From a virus (taxonomy: Duplodnaviria > Heunggongvirae > Uroviricota > Caudoviricetes): a stretch of DNA of 54,083 bases. Numbering within the stretch: the stretch's first letter is position 1; the number at the start of each line of letters is the position of its first letter. The notes under the pieces are model-generated. The model searched no databases, was not told the DNA's origin, and saw nothing but the letters and a program-made list of their open reading frames with translations. Where the stretch lies: IMG/VR virus record IMGVR_UViG_2534682338_000012, positions 1 through 54,083 of that record; one strand, given 5' to 3'. Positions 1-9,588 of the stretch are shown piece by piece. The translations under genes were made by a program, and so were the position numbers.

Positions 1-1254
1 ATGCTGGAACAAATGGGCATTGCCGCGAAGCAAGCCTCGTATAAATTAGCGCAACTCTCCAGCCGCGAAAAAAATCGCGTGCTGGAAAAAATCGCCGATG
101 AACTGGAAGCACAAAGCGAAATCATCCTCAACGCTAACGCCCAGGATGTTGCTGACGCGCGTGCCAATGGCCTTGGCGAAGCGATGCTTGACCGTCTGGC
201 ACTGACGCCCGCACGGCTGAAAGGCATTGCCGATGATGTGCGCCAGGTGTGTAACCTCGCCGATCCGGTGGGGCAGGTAATCGATGGCAGCGTACTGGAC
301 AGCGGCCTGCGTCTTGAGCGTCGTCGCGTGCCGCTGGGGGTGATTGGCGTGATTTATGAAGCGCGCCCGAACGTGACGGTTGATGTCGCTTCGCTGTGCC
401 TGAAAACCGGTAATGCGGTGATCCTGCGTGGTGGCAAAGAAACCTGTCGCACTAACGCGGCAACGGTGGCGGTGATTCAGGACGCCCTGAAATCCTGTGG
501 CTTACCGGCGGGTGCCGTGCAGGCGATTGATAATCCTGACCGTGCGCTGGTCAGTGAAATGCTGCGTATGGATAAATACATCGACATGCTGATCCCGCGC
601 GGCGGGGCTGGTTTGCATAAACTGTGCCGCGAACAGTCGACAATCCCGGTGATCACAGGTGGTATAGGCGTATGCCATATTTACGTTGATGAAAGCGCAG
701 AGATCGCTGAAGCATTAAAAGTGATCGTCAACGCGAAAACTCAGCGACCGAGCACATGTAATACGGTAGAAACGTTGCTGGTGAATAAAAACATCGCCGA
801 TAGCTTCCTGCCCGCATTAAGCAAACAAATGGCGGAAAGCGGCGTGACATTACACGCAGATGCAGCTGCGCTGGCGCAGTTGCAGACAGGCCCTGCGAAG
901 GTGGTGGCGGTTAAAGCCGAAGAGTATGACGATGAATTTCTGTCATTAGATTTGAACGTTAAAATCGTCAGCGATCTTGACGATGCCATCGCCCATATTC
1001 GTGAACACGGCACACAACACTCCGATGCGATCCTGACCCGCGATATGCGCAACGCCCAGCGTTTTGTTAACGAAGTGGATTCGTCCGCTGTTTACGTTAA
1101 CGCCTCTACGCGTTTTACCGACGGCGGCCAGTTTGGTCTGGGTGCGGAAGTGGCGGTAAGCACACAAAAACTCCACGCGCGTGGCCCAATGGGGCTGGAA
1201 GCACTGACCACTTACAAGTGGATCGGCATTGGTGATTACACCATTCGTGCGTAA
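1..1254 (+). CDS. proA: gamma-glutamyl phosphate reductase (proline biosynthesis)
   Basis: 417-aa ORF recognised as enterobacterial ProA ([38 protein letters not shown]...); sits immediately upstream of tRNA-Thr as in the E. coli proA-thrW locus. Confidence 0.95.
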   Translation: MLEQMGIAAKQASYKLAQLSSREKNRVLEKIADELEAQSEIILNANAQDVADARANGLGEAMLDRLALTPARLKGIADDVRQVCNLADPVGQVIDGSVLDSGLRLERRRVPLGVIGVIYEARPNVTVDVASLCLKTGNAVILRGGKETCRTNAATVAVIQDALKSCGLPAGAVQAIDNPDRALVSEMLRMDKYIDMLIPRGGAGLHKLCREQSTIPVITGGIGVCHIYVDESAEIAEALKVIVNAKTQRPSTCNTVETLLVNKNIADSFLPALSKQMAESGVTLHADAAALAQLQTGPAKVVAVKAEEYDDEFLSLDLNVKIVSDLDDAIAHIREHGTQHSDAILTRDMRNAQRFVNEVDSSAVYVNASTRFTDGGQFGLGAEVAVSTQKLHARGPMGLEALTTYKWIGIGDYTIRA

Positions 1255-1368
1255 ATAAAACCGGGTGATGCAAAAGTAGCCATTTGATTCACAAGGCCAT
1301 TGACGCATCGCCCGGTTAGTTTTAACCTTGTCCACCGTGATTCACGTTCGTGAACATGTCCTTTCAGG

Positions 1369-1444
1369 GCCGATATAGCTCAGTTGGTAGAGCAGCGCAT
1401 TCGTAATGCGAAGGTCGTAGGTTCGACTCCTATTATCGGCACCA
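1369..1444 (+). tRNA. thrW: tRNA-Thr (anticodon CGU)
   Basis: 76-nt cloverleaf-compatible sequence GCCGATATAGCTCAGTTGGTAGAGCAGCGCATTCGTAATGCG...TTCGACTCC...GGCACCA with CGT anticodon and 3' CCA; coordinates approximate to 1-2 nt. Confidence 0.9.
1399..1444. repeat. attL core (3' 46 bp of tRNA-Thr)
   Basis: Exact repeat of 41810-41855 by eye (ATTCGTAATGCGAAGGTCGTAGGTTCGACTCCTATTATCGGCACCA). Confidence 0.7.
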
Positions 1445-1458
1445 TTTAAATCAATAAG

Positions 1459-2622
1459 TTACACATCATTAGTACCTTCCTTATTTTTTGACTGGGACAA
1501 ATTTGGGACCGATGGGTTCAGGATCGAGTCTATTTGCCGTGCGTGTTCGGTAAGGTGATTAGGTGCAAGGTGAGCATATCGACGAACCATTTCGATAGAC
1601 TCCCAGCCTCCCATTTCCTGTAACACTGACAACGGGACTCCGGCTTGAACCAGCCAACTTGCCCAGGTGTGTCTCAAGTCGTGAAATCTGAAATCATCAA
1701 TACCAGCCCGTCTCAGCGCCGCTTTCCAGGCTGTGTTTGCGTCATACCGCATCTTCCTTACTGTTGGCGCTTTCGTTCCGTCTGGTTTGGTACAGCTTTC
1801 CTTGTACACAAATACCCAACGGTGATGATTCCCGATTTGTTTTTTCAATACGCGACATGCAGTATCATTCAGCGCAACGCCAATTGCGCGGTTTGATTTA
1901 CTCTCTTCCGGGTTTATCCATGCCACCCGGCGCTGCATATCTATTTGTTGCCATTCAAGGTTGATGATGTTCGAGCGTCTTAAACCTGTTGCCAGTGCAA
2001 ATTCAACAACAGACTTTAATGGCTCCGGACATTCATCAATCAGCCTTTGTGCTTCATGGGGCTCCAGCCAGCGGATCCGTTTATTCTTTGGTTGAGGCAC
2101 TTTAATAATTGGTGCCTTATCCAGCATTTTCCATTCACGCTCTGCGGCTCTTAGTAGGGCCTTTATAAATGAAAGATGCGTAGCCTTCGTTGCAACGGAC
2201 GCTGGTTTTGGCGTGTATTCTGGAACAGGTTTCCCTTTTTTTCTGCATGCTTCTGCCCTGAGTCTCCAGTTTTCCTCATGACGCCGGTTCGTCATTTTCT
2301 GCATTGCTGAATAAATTTTTGATTCAGTAATGTCTCTTAGTTGCATTCCTGCGAAATGTTGAAGCCAGAATCCGATCCGGCTTTTGTCATCGTCCAGTGA
2401 TTTTTTATGTGCTTTCTCTTCAAGCCACCTGACACACGCTTCCTCGAACGTTATATCAGGTATTTCACCAAGTTTGCTGACCCGCCATGCTTCAGCCTTT
2501 AGCTTGTCATGGAGTTCTGTCGCCTGCCTTTTGTCCTTTGTTCCAAGAGACTGTTTAAATCTTTTACCGTTCGGCAATGTGAAACTGGCGTACCATATTT
2601 CACCTCTGCGGAAGAGTGACAT
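1459..2622 (-). CDS. int: tyrosine integrase, P22 Int-like
   Basis: 387 aa, [33 protein letters not shown]... with C-terminal [10 protein letters not shown]...VRRYAH catalytic region; adjacent to tRNA attachment site. Confidence 0.95.
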   Translation of the reverse strand: MSLFRRGEIWYASFTLPNGKRFKQSLGTKDKRQATELHDKLKAEAWRVSKLGEIPDITFEEACVRWLEEKAHKKSLDDDKSRIGFWLQHFAGMQLRDITESKIYSAMQKMTNRRHEENWRLRAEACRKKGKPVPEYTPKPASVATKATHLSFIKALLRAAEREWKMLDKAPIIKVPQPKNKRIRWLEPHEAQRLIDECPEPLKSVVEFALATGLRRSNIINLEWQQIDMQRRVAWINPEESKSNRAIGVALNDTACRVLKKQIGNHHRWVFVYKESCTKPDGTKAPTVRKMRYDANTAWKAALRRAGIDDFRFHDLRHTWASWLVQAGVPLSVLQEMGGWESIEMVRRYAHLAPNHLTEHARQIDSILNPSVPNLSQSKNKEGTNDV

Positions 2623-2849
2623 TTTCTTTCCTCTGTTATGCCATCACCCGCGCTCACCTGGACAGTATGCAGCGGAGACTGAAGCGCCGCAATGCAGGCT
2701 TGTCGTGTTGTGAGGTAAGGAGATTTATTCTTAGTGGGATCTTTGCGTGTTGCCTGAAGACGCCCTGTGCGTATCCAGTTAATGGCAGTCGGTCTGGATA
2801 TCTTGAGAAAATGACAGGCCTCATCGAGTGTGAGGCTGTATGGCTCCAT
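2499..2849 (-). CDS. xis: excisionase (Xis)
   Basis: Internal Met start ([31 protein letters not shown]...) giving ~116 aa, overlaps int 5' end as in P22; helix-turn-helix like. Confidence 0.7.
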   Translation of the reverse strand: MEPYSLTLDEACHFLKISRPTAINWIRTGRLQATRKDPTKNKSPYLTTRQACIAALQSPLHTVQVSAGDGITEERKCHSSAEVKYGTPVSHCRTVKDLNSLLEQRTKGRRQNSMTS

Positions 2850-3154
2850 TATTTCACCTCTTGCTGTGACATTGTTGAAAAATGGATACCAGCTCGTTGC
2901 TGCCAGACGATCCAACCGAGAGTCATATCCCATGCCATGTATTCGTTATCGCCGTTTTTTGCTCTCCGACGATCTACTAAGTCACCGAAACGCTTTTCCA
3001 TGAATAATTCATAAGCTTCGCGTTCATCTGGTTCTACTTCCAGAGATAGGAGTGCGATTTCATAAGCACGGCGCTCAATATCGTCTCGCACGTCAAGGCT
3101 GCTGATACGCTCTTTAATTTCTTTAATCAGTTCTTTGTCGGTAAAAGTGGTCAT
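2849..3154 (-). CDS. hypothetical early-left operon protein
   Basis: 101-aa ORF with GGAGG RBS, stop/start overlap with flanking genes (translational coupling). Confidence 0.5.
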   Translation of the reverse strand: MTTFTDKELIKEIKERISSLDVRDDIERRAYEIALLSLEVEPDEREAYELFMEKRFGDLVDRRRAKNGDNEYMAWDMTLGWIVWQQRAGIHFSTMSQQEVK

Positions 3155-3516
3155 TATGCTCCAGCCTCCGGTGCTTTTGGCATTACTGCCCAGTGAGTGA
3201 TATTGACGTTTTCAAGGTCCCCGACCTGAAATGTCCACTGCCATTCTCCGGTTTCTTTTTGTCCCCAGGTGTACCAGAGAGAACGCCAGCCAATTAGCCA
3301 GCCTTCTCCGTTAGCATCGAATAACAAAACACTTTCATTTGCTGGTGGCAGTTCAGCTGACACTGGTATTACTTTGTTTTCCTGTGCTGCACATTTAGCT
3401 TCAAGCGCATCGAATTTACGCACCAGGTATTCAGCATCTGTTTCATTTACTTTCAGATCTCGCGGTACACATCTCCCACGAAGAAACCCTTCCATTTCGA
3501 AAACATTCATGCGCAT
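3154..3516 (-). CDS. hypothetical early-left operon protein
   Basis: 120-aa ORF, ATG start, coupled to neighbours. Confidence 0.5.
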   Translation of the reverse strand: MRMNVFEMEGFLRGRCVPRDLKVNETDAEYLVRKFDALEAKCAAQENKVIPVSAELPPANESVLLFDANGEGWLIGWRSLWYTWGQKETGEWQWTFQVGDLENVNITHWAVMPKAPEAGA

Positions 3517-4043
3517 TTGCGTAACTCCGATAACTCGTTAAAGCGTTCCATAAACATCCCGTAGGCATGGCCCGGTGCCAGTGGAATCACGTTGAACATC
3601 TCTGTTGCCGGGATACCTTCCAGTACAGGCCAGAAAGAGCCATCATCAAGCCCGAGATCGCGGCGTTCGGTTGCCAGCATGATGAGATCGGCATATTTCA
3701 CGGGCGTACTCATAACTGGGGGTAATCCGTATTTCTCACGGATTACGGAGTCTATTTTTTCTTCCATTTGTTTATAGTCAGGAAGAAGGCGTTTCAGTGG
3801 TGCGGGAATGTCCTGGCAATACGCTTCTGTTGCATCATGCATTAACGCTTCAAAAGCAAATTCCTGCGGCACCAGCTGGCTGCAAAGAACCGCATGTTGG
3901 GCGACGCTGTAGAAGTGCGAAAGATGACCGGCAAAGCGACAGATATTTGAAAGGGAAACCGCGATATCGTTAATATCGATGTCGTCTTTATTTATCCTGT
4001 CATAATAAAAATGCTTCCCGGAAAAAGTTTTAATAAATGACAT
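3507..4043 (-). CDS. HD-domain phosphohydrolase (YfdR-like)
   Basis: Start taken at MSFIKTF with GGAG RBS; contains H...HD-type metal-binding motifs (FAGHLSH, LMHDATE). Confidence 0.65.
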   Translation of the reverse strand: MSFIKTFSGKHFYYDRINKDDIDINDIAVSLSNICRFAGHLSHFYSVAQHAVLCSQLVPQEFAFEALMHDATEAYCQDIPAPLKRLLPDYKQMEEKIDSVIREKYGLPPVMSTPVKYADLIMLATERRDLGLDDGSFWPVLEGIPATEMFNVIPLAPGHAYGMFMERFNELSELRKCA

Positions 4044-4170
4044 TTTGTTCTCCACGTATATGCGCTGCACCGCGCTGAATTCTGGTAAAAAGAATCCCTC
4101 ACCATCCGGCGATTATTGAGTAAATTACGTTTCCATAAATGCCCCCGCAGGGGCATTTGCAGTAATGAAA

Positions 4171-4995
4171 TCAGGCGGTGAAAGTACCAATAAAGGTTTC
4201 TACTTTGCTGTCCTTGAATTTCTCAACAAGCAGATCACGAAATTCGTTAGCCATTTCTTCCTGCACCGCCTCCAGCTGAATAATGCGCAGAACCAGTACC
4301 GGACGATCGCCAGTGATAATGCTGAGGCGTAATTTAAACGGACGTTCTTTCAGACCTTCAAACGGAATGCATTTAAATTCAAATGCCACTGGCATAATGT
4401 CTTTGGTCTTCGCTTCGACAGACTCCATCAGGGAGCGTTTGCCGCTGAAGTCATTATCTTCAAAATCAGCGGTCTGGTTTGCTTCAATCGTGATTTTACG
4501 GACCGCCGCAGCCGCTTTTGTTGCCTGAATGGTGTCACCATTAGCATCAAAGCCCACAAGGTAGTCGGCCCAGTCTTCAATCCATTCTGCCAGTGATTTC
4601 TGGGAGTTACGCTCGCCATTAACAGACAACAGAGCAGAGAACGGTGCTGTCTTTTTCAGTTTGAGAGTGGCGGTGTTATCTGCGTGACCTGGTTCATCAA
4701 TAGTACCCAGGTTAAGCACACTGACGGCACGCATATTATCAGCATCGATAAAGCAGCGGGTGCCTTCATCTGCAAGATCTTTAGAATAACGGGTAAAGTC
4801 ATCGATGCTGGCAGTGGAAAGCGCACCACGGAAACGGAAGCGATTTAAATTAAATTTTTCCAGATCATGAATGCGGAAATTCTCAGGCAATGCCACAGCA
4901 TCGGCACCAATCTTACTGATAATTTCATTAACACCCTGAGCAGAAATAATGGCATGGATTTGATTAATTGCGGTTGCGTCTAAGTTCTGAGACAT
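4171..4995 (-). CDS. YfdQ-like prophage protein (DUF2303 family)
   Basis: 274-aa ORF, GAGGA RBS; resembles the CPS-53 prophage YfdQ family by eye. Confidence 0.6.
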   Translation of the reverse strand: MSQNLDATAINQIHAIISAQGVNEIISKIGADAVALPENFRIHDLEKFNLNRFRFRGALSTASIDDFTRYSKDLADEGTRCFIDADNMRAVSVLNLGTIDEPGHADNTATLKLKKTAPFSALLSVNGERNSQKSLAEWIEDWADYLVGFDANGDTIQATKAAAAVRKITIEANQTADFEDNDFSGKRSLMESVEAKTKDIMPVAFEFKCIPFEGLKERPFKLRLSIITGDRPVLVLRIIQLEAVQEEMANEFRDLLVEKFKDSKVETFIGTFTA

Positions 4996-5060
4996 AATAA
5001 GTCCTCACTATATAAAGATATTCAGTGATGAGATAAATAATCAGTTAATTAAAAACGATA

Positions 5061-5423
5061 TTAACGACCTGCTGCGCGGAGTTTTCCGTCAGGTTCACCG
5101 GCAAGAGTCAGTAACTGTCCCTGGTCTTCCTGCAGAATAGTCAGGCGACCACCGCGATTGACATACATCGGCGTTTCGGTGGTGTCTTCTTCGGAAATTT
5201 TCCCGCGGTTAGTCGGGCGAACATATGAGAGTTTGTGTTTGATTTTCACACGGTTCTCATCAAATGGTTCGATTTCCAGGTTGAGTGAGACCTTACCTTT
5301 GGTTTTCGTGTTCATCACACCGGAAGCGACTTCACTGAGAACTGCGCCGATTTTGGTTTCAAATACGCCGCCGTCCAGCTCCCCGATAAATGCCTGCACA
5401 TCAGTACTGCGTTCGCTAGCCAT
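5061..5423 (-). CDS. hypothetical early protein
   Basis: Start taken at MASERSTD... preceded by AGGAG; ~120 aa. Confidence 0.5.
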   Translation of the reverse strand: MASERSTDVQAFIGELDGGVFETKIGAVLSEVASGVMNTKTKGKVSLNLEIEPFDENRVKIKHKLSYVRPTNRGKISEEDTTETPMYVNRGGRLTILQEDQGQLLTLAGEPDGKLRAAGR

Positions 5424-5892
5424 TTTGCTGCTCCTCATCATATCGACCCTGCAAGGCCGATTAGTTTCTCCACAAAACAGAGAAGAACACCTGCGGTGGC
5501 AGCCGCCCGGATGGATTGGGTTATGAGCCCGTCGTCCGGTGATGCTCTTCTCTGTTTTGTAAAAAAGGACGGTACCAGCCGGAAGCAAGAGTACAAGCTG
5601 GTACCGCCAGGACTACACACAGCATAAAGTTGTGGTGCCGGGTGCCTCCCGGTGCCTGGCGAAGGTTGCACACCAGGCGGGTGGGTATCTACAGAAGGTC
5701 GACTGTCAGCCTCAACCTTAACCCGCGTGCGCTGAGCCGCATTCACCACAACGCTAAGAATTCTCTCTGGTTGAAAATACTTAGCTGTTATGTGCCTGCT
5801 TTTAGCCACATCAGGCGAGGTGGACCTGGTTATTCCCCAACAACAAGGATTCGGTTAATCTGGTTATCCCCAACAACGCAAAAGGAAAAGAA

Positions 5893-6327
5893 ATGTCCGG
5901 TAATATCTACACGTTGTACAAATCCCACTGTGAAAATGTTGGAAAGTATCGGGGCATTGAAATCAGTGGGGTAGTGTCATCAGTCGAAATAAGTAAAGTT
6001 GAATCAAGGGCAACATTACTTACTCTTCTGGACCTTGTCTTACATGAGCACCGGAAGAAATTCGGCACTCCCTATAATCAGTTGAATGGGAAAAAGGCTC
6101 TGGTTCACCTTATTCTGATGAAGCATCACTGGATGCCAAAGCAGATTAATGAGATGAAATTTGATGAACTTCTTCTTTCAATTCAGGATGAACTCACGCT
6201 TGATAAAATAAGCGTAACCGCCCAGAAATTTTTAGATTATCGAGACTGGAGATCACAAATTCATCACTTTGATGATTTTGACGAAAATGAATGGGATCCT
6301 AATTTGTCTGCACAATATCTAAAGTAA
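5893..6327 (+). CDS. hypothetical accessory (moron) protein, 144 aa
   Basis: ATG with AAGGAAAAG RBS, AT-rich by eye, opposite orientation to surrounding early genes, preceded by tandem direct repeat. Confidence 0.5.
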   Translation: MSGNIYTLYKSHCENVGKYRGIEISGVVSSVEISKVESRATLLTLLDLVLHEHRKKFGTPYNQLNGKKALVHLILMKHHWMPKQINEMKFDELLLSIQDELTLDKISVTAQKFLDYRDWRSQIHHFDDFDENEWDPNLSAQYLK

Positions 6328-6505
6328 CATCCTGTGATAAAACCGTGATTTCCTGATCCAGTTTTTTTAAGGAGTCTATTGTTTCCTGTCGATAAGACAG
6401 CACTTCACGAAGCTGGTTTATAGCTGCCAGCTTCTTTGTCATCCACTCATAAATTTCCTCATCTGTGTAGCCAGGCGCGACGATTTTGGGTTCTGTTTTG
6501 TGCAT
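6299..6505 (-). CDS. small hypothetical protein (68 aa), first ORF downstream of putative pL
   Basis: Start at MHKTEPK preceded by GAGGAGG RBS; 3' end overlaps the convergent 144-aa gene by ~29 bp. Confidence 0.4.
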   Translation of the reverse strand: MHKTEPKIVAPGYTDEEIYEWMTKKLAAINQLREVLSYRQETIDSLKKLDQEITVLSQDVTLDIVQTN

Positions 6506-6567
6506 TTCACACCTCCTCAAGTTATCAGTTACTTGTTGAAGGGGACCAGATTGTTAAAGAGCTAAGC

Positions 6568-6597
6568 GTCCTGTAGGGCGCTTTTTTGTTGCTAACG
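6568..6597 (+). terminator. putative rho-independent terminator (+ strand)
   Basis: GCGTCC-loop-GGGCGC imperfect stem followed by TTTTTTG. Confidence 0.3.
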
Positions 6598-6664
6598 AAT
6601 CATCCTGGACTTCATATGCCCCAGGCGGCTACTTCGTGGGCGTCCTGCCTGTTCGTTGTTTCTC

Positions 6665-6700
6665 TTGGGTACATTATGTATCTTAAAGGTACATTGTCAA
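6665..6700. promoter_or_regulatory. putative OL operators / pL region
   Basis: GGTACAttaTGTA and AAGGTACA motifs related to the palindromes found between cI and cro. Confidence 0.4.
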
Positions 6701-6703
6701 GTA

Positions 6704-6731
6704 TAAAAAAACCTGCCGAAGCAGGTTCATA
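6704..6731 (-). terminator. rho-independent terminator downstream of cI
   Basis: On minus strand: AACCTGC-TTCG-GCAGGTT stem followed by TTTTTTT. Confidence 0.5.
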
Positions 6732-6739
6732 AACATTGA

Positions 6740-7414
6740 TTAGGCTTTGATTTTGTATCTTCTTGGTTTTCCTGAGAAAATCACTGTACCAATTATAGAG
6801 CAATTACCGTTGATCTTAATGTAAGGCTCAGGCCAGTTTGGGTTTAACGCTTTGAGATAACGCTGTGTCCCATCTTCTATTAACCTTTTGAAGGTGGTTT
6901 CACCTGTATCGTGCATCAATGCAATAACGTCGTCACCGTGGCAGGCAGGTACTTCAGGATCGACAAAAATCATGTCTCCCGGGCGGTACTCATCAATCAT
7001 TGAATCACCTATCACCCGCAAGATATAAGTCATTTCCCCACAGGGTACAGGGCAGGGATACGTTTCTGCTGTGCTCAAATCAACCTCAGAATATCCAACT
7101 TCTTTCCATGCTCCGGCCTGTACCCATGATATGACAGGGACTAATGTGATTTGTTTATTAGTGATTGAAACATCAGGTTTTTTTGTGATGTTCGTTGTCT
7201 GGTGTTCTTGATCGAGCCATCCGACAGGTAGGTCGAAACATTTTTCGATGTGTCGTGCCATGCTGTCACCGATATTTTTAGTAGCACCATCTCCCATAAA
7301 CCTGCTGGTCTGGGTTGGCTCGCGATCAATCATAGTGGCAAAGGAAGAATTCCCGCCAACACCATCTCTCAGTTTTCTGGCGTTAGACCGCCGGATGTCA
7401 TGGATTGTTTTCAT
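6740..7414 (-). CDS. cI: CI-like prophage repressor with LexA-like S24 peptidase domain
   Basis: 224 aa; N-terminal HTH region, C-terminal GDSM serine and downstream Lys typical of S24 autocleavage domain; divergent from cro. Confidence 0.9.
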   Translation of the reverse strand: MKTIHDIRRSNARKLRDGVGGNSSFATMIDREPTQTSRFMGDGATKNIGDSMARHIEKCFDLPVGWLDQEHQTTNITKKPDVSITNKQITLVPVISWVQAGAWKEVGYSEVDLSTAETYPCPVPCGEMTYILRVIGDSMIDEYRPGDMIFVDPEVPACHGDDVIALMHDTGETTFKRLIEDGTQRYLKALNPNWPEPYIKINGNCSIIGTVIFSGKPRRYKIKA

Positions 7415-7427
7415 AACGAAATTAAAA

Positions 7428-7500
7428 CCCTTGTACCGTAAAGGTACAAGTATCTTGAAGGTTCATTTCAATCATGTAATATGTACACCGGAGGTACATA
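7428..7500. promoter_or_regulatory. OR operators with divergent pRM/pR
   Basis: 21-bp perfect palindrome CTTGTACCGTAAAGGTACAAG and second palindrome ATGTAC-N7-GTACAT in the cI-cro intergenic region. Confidence 0.55.
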
Positions 7501-7504
7501 TTGT

Positions 7505-7705
7505 ATGAAAGCGTATTGGGACTCTTTAACCAAAGAACAGCAGGGCGAGTTGGCCGGAAAAGTTGGCTCAACACCAGGCTACTTACGGCTGGTTTTCAAT
7601 GGCTATAAAAAAGCCAGTTTTGTGCTGGCTAAAAAACTTGAGCAATGCACGTCAGGTGCAATTACGAAATCTGACTTAAGACCGGATATCTATCCGAAAG
7701 ATTAG
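7505..7705 (+). CDS. cro: Cro-like repressor
   Basis: ~66 aa from MKAYWDSL, GGAGG RBS, divergent from cI, HTH-like. Confidence 0.7.
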   Translation: MKAYWDSLTKEQQGELAGKVGSTPGYLRLVFNGYKKASFVLAKKLEQCTSGAITKSDLRPDIYPKD

Positions 7706-7736
7706 CAGAACACTTTCAATTTTTAACCACAGAACG

Positions 7737-8300
7737 ATGAGGCTAACCGTGGGTAAGCATCACTGGAAAGTAGAAAAACAGCCTGAGTGGTACGTGAAAG
7801 CTGTCAGAAAAACTATCGCAGCGTTGCCGGGTGGTTACGCTGAAGCTGCTGACTGGCTGGATGTAACAGAGCACGCATTATTTAACCGCCTTCGTGCCGA
7901 TGGCGATCAGATTTTCCCGCTGGGATGGGCAATGATTTTGCAACGTGCTGGTGGAACTCACTTCATTGCTGACGCTGTGGCGCAGTCTGCAAATGGCGTC
8001 TTTGTGTCTCTTCCTGATGTCGAGGATGTGGACAACGCCGATATCAACCAACGCCTGCTGGAAGTCATTGAACAGATCGGCAGTTATTCAAAACAGATTC
8101 GTTCAGCAATTGAAGACGGTGTAGTGGAACCGCATGAGAAGACAGCAATTAACGATGAGCTGTACCTCTCAATTTCGAAGCTGCAGGAGCATGCAGCTCT
8201 GGTCTACAAAATCTTTTGCGTTTCAGAAAGTAGTGACGCCCGCGAGTGTGCAGCTCCGGGCGCCGTGGCGTGTCGTGACTGTGGAGAAACTAACGCATGA
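7737..8300 (+). CDS. CII-like regulatory protein (large CII/CP76-type)
   Basis: 187-aa ORF immediately after cro; family assignment from memory of prophage CII-like proteins, not verified. Confidence 0.5.
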   Translation: MRLTVGKHHWKVEKQPEWYVKAVRKTIAALPGGYAEAADWLDVTEHALFNRLRADGDQIFPLGWAMILQRAGGTHFIADAVAQSANGVFVSLPDVEDVDNADINQRLLEVIEQIGSYSKQIRSAIEDGVVEPHEKTAINDELYLSISKLQEHAALVYKIFCVSESSDARECAAPGAVACRDCGETNA

Positions 8301-8655
8301 ACAGTTTAACAACACACTACCGTCGCTCGCAACTGATTGCGCTTCCTGTACCGGGTGGAAAAGCGAAGGTGGAGTATTGCTATGCAGTAAATGTACCAGG
8401 TGACAGGGAAATTGTAACCCACAGCTTTGCAGAGTGGGCTGTGGGTGATTTCAACCGGCAGAAGGAGACAGTCCTTTGCGACAAGTTAACCGCTGGTTCA
8501 AAGATCACTACGGAGTGCCCGTCAGAGTCATTCGTTGGGAGCCGGAAACACAACGTGTTATCTACCTCCGCGAAGGCTATGAGCATGAGTGCTTCAGCCC
8601 GCTCGAACAGTTTCGTCGTAAATTCAGGGAAATAGAGGTCGGTCATGAGCACTAA
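8297..8655 (+). pseudogene. hypothetical gene apparently split by a frameshift
   Basis: Frame-2 ORF 8297-8635 has a start but a serine-rich low-complexity tail; frame-1 (8449-8655) encodes protein-like ...[50 protein letters not shown]... without a start and ends overlapping the next gene's ATG. Confidence 0.35.
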
Positions 8656-9586
8656 ATTAACCGGCTATGTATGGGATGGTTGCGCTGCATCAGGCATGAA
8701 ATTATCCAGCGTGGCAATTATGGCCCGCCTGGCTGATTTCAGTAATGACGAAGGTGTGTGCTGGCCATCAATTGAAACCATTGCCCGCCAGATTGGCGCG
8801 GGAATGAGTACCGTCAGAACGGCTATCGCACGGCTGGAAGCAGAAGGCTGGTTAACGCGTAAGGCGCGTCGCCAGGGTAACCGCAATGCGTCGAATGTTT
8901 ATCAGCTTAACGTTGCGAAGCTTCAGGCAGCGGCATTTTCTCAACTGTCAGATTCTGACCCGTCAAAATCTGACGCATCAAAATCTGACCCGTCAAAATT
9001 TGATGCGTCGAAATCTGGCAAAAAAGCGGGTTTTCACCCGTCAGAATCTGGCGGGGATCCGTCAGTAAAATCAAAACATGATCCGTCAGATAAAAAAACT
9101 TCTCGTCCGGACGCTTCGCAACCGGACACGCAGACGGCTGAACAGGAGTTTTTAACTCGCCATCCTGATGCGGTTGTATTCAGCCCTAAAAAGCGCCAGT
9201 GGGGAACGCAGGATGATTTGACCTGCGCACAGTGGCTCTGGAAAAAAATCATCGCCCTGTACGAGCAGGCCGCCGAATGTGACGGCGAGGTGGTTCGTCC
9301 CAAAGAACCGAACTGGACAGCCTGGGCAAACGAAATTCGCCTGATGTGTGTGCAGGATGGTCGTACTCATAAACAAATCTGCGAGATGTACAGCCGCGTC
9401 AGTCGCGATCCGTTCTGGTGCCGTAACGTGCTCAGCCCGTCGAAGCTGCGGGAAAAATGGGATGAGCTTTCCCTGCGCTTATCGCCGTCCGTCAGCACGT
9501 ACACCGAAAAACGCGAAGACCCGTACTTCAAAGCCAGTTACGACAACGTGGACTACAGCCAGATCCCGGCAGGATTCAGGGGGTGA
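8645..9586 (+). CDS. replication initiation protein (lambda O-like)
   Basis: 313 aa; N-terminal HTH-like region followed by repeat-encoded DPSKSDASKSDPSKFDASKS linker that coincides with DNA iterons. Confidence 0.8.
   Translation: MSTKLTGYVWDGCAASGMKLSSVAIMARLADFSNDEGVCWPSIETIARQIGAGMSTVRTAIARLEAEGWLTRKARRQGNRNASNVYQLNVAKLQAAAFSQLSDSDPSKSDASKSDPSKFDASKSGKKAGFHPSESGGDPSVKSKHDPSDKKTSRPDASQPDTQTAEQEFLTRHPDAVVFSPKKRQWGTQDDLTCAQWLWKKIIALYEQAAECDGEVVRPKEPNWTAWANEIRLMCVQDGRTHKQICEMYSRVSRDPFWCRNVLSPSKLREKWDELSLRLSPSVSTYTEKREDPYFKASYDNVDYSQIPAGFRG
8945..9100. repeat. origin iterons inside the O-like gene
   Basis: About 8 imperfect direct repeats of CCGTCA(A/G)AATCTGAC-type units followed by an A-rich tract. 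Confidence 0.6.
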
Positions 9587-9588
9587 TC

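Noticed and set aside
741-1335. Two minus-strand ORFs (103 and 129 aa) inside and just after proA
   Set aside because: Antisense to a well-conserved housekeeping gene; typical spurious ORFs
5438-5809. 123-aa minus-strand ORF considered as a possible N-like antiterminator
   Set aside because: Pro/Gly/Ser-rich low-complexity translation, no RBS, and it coincides with the long inverted repeats, so it is more likely a non-coding structured region
8945-9100. CRISPR array
   Set aside because: Repeats are short (~15 bp), imperfect, lack spacer structure and lie inside a coding sequence; they are replication iterons. No CRISPR-like array seen elsewhere in the window
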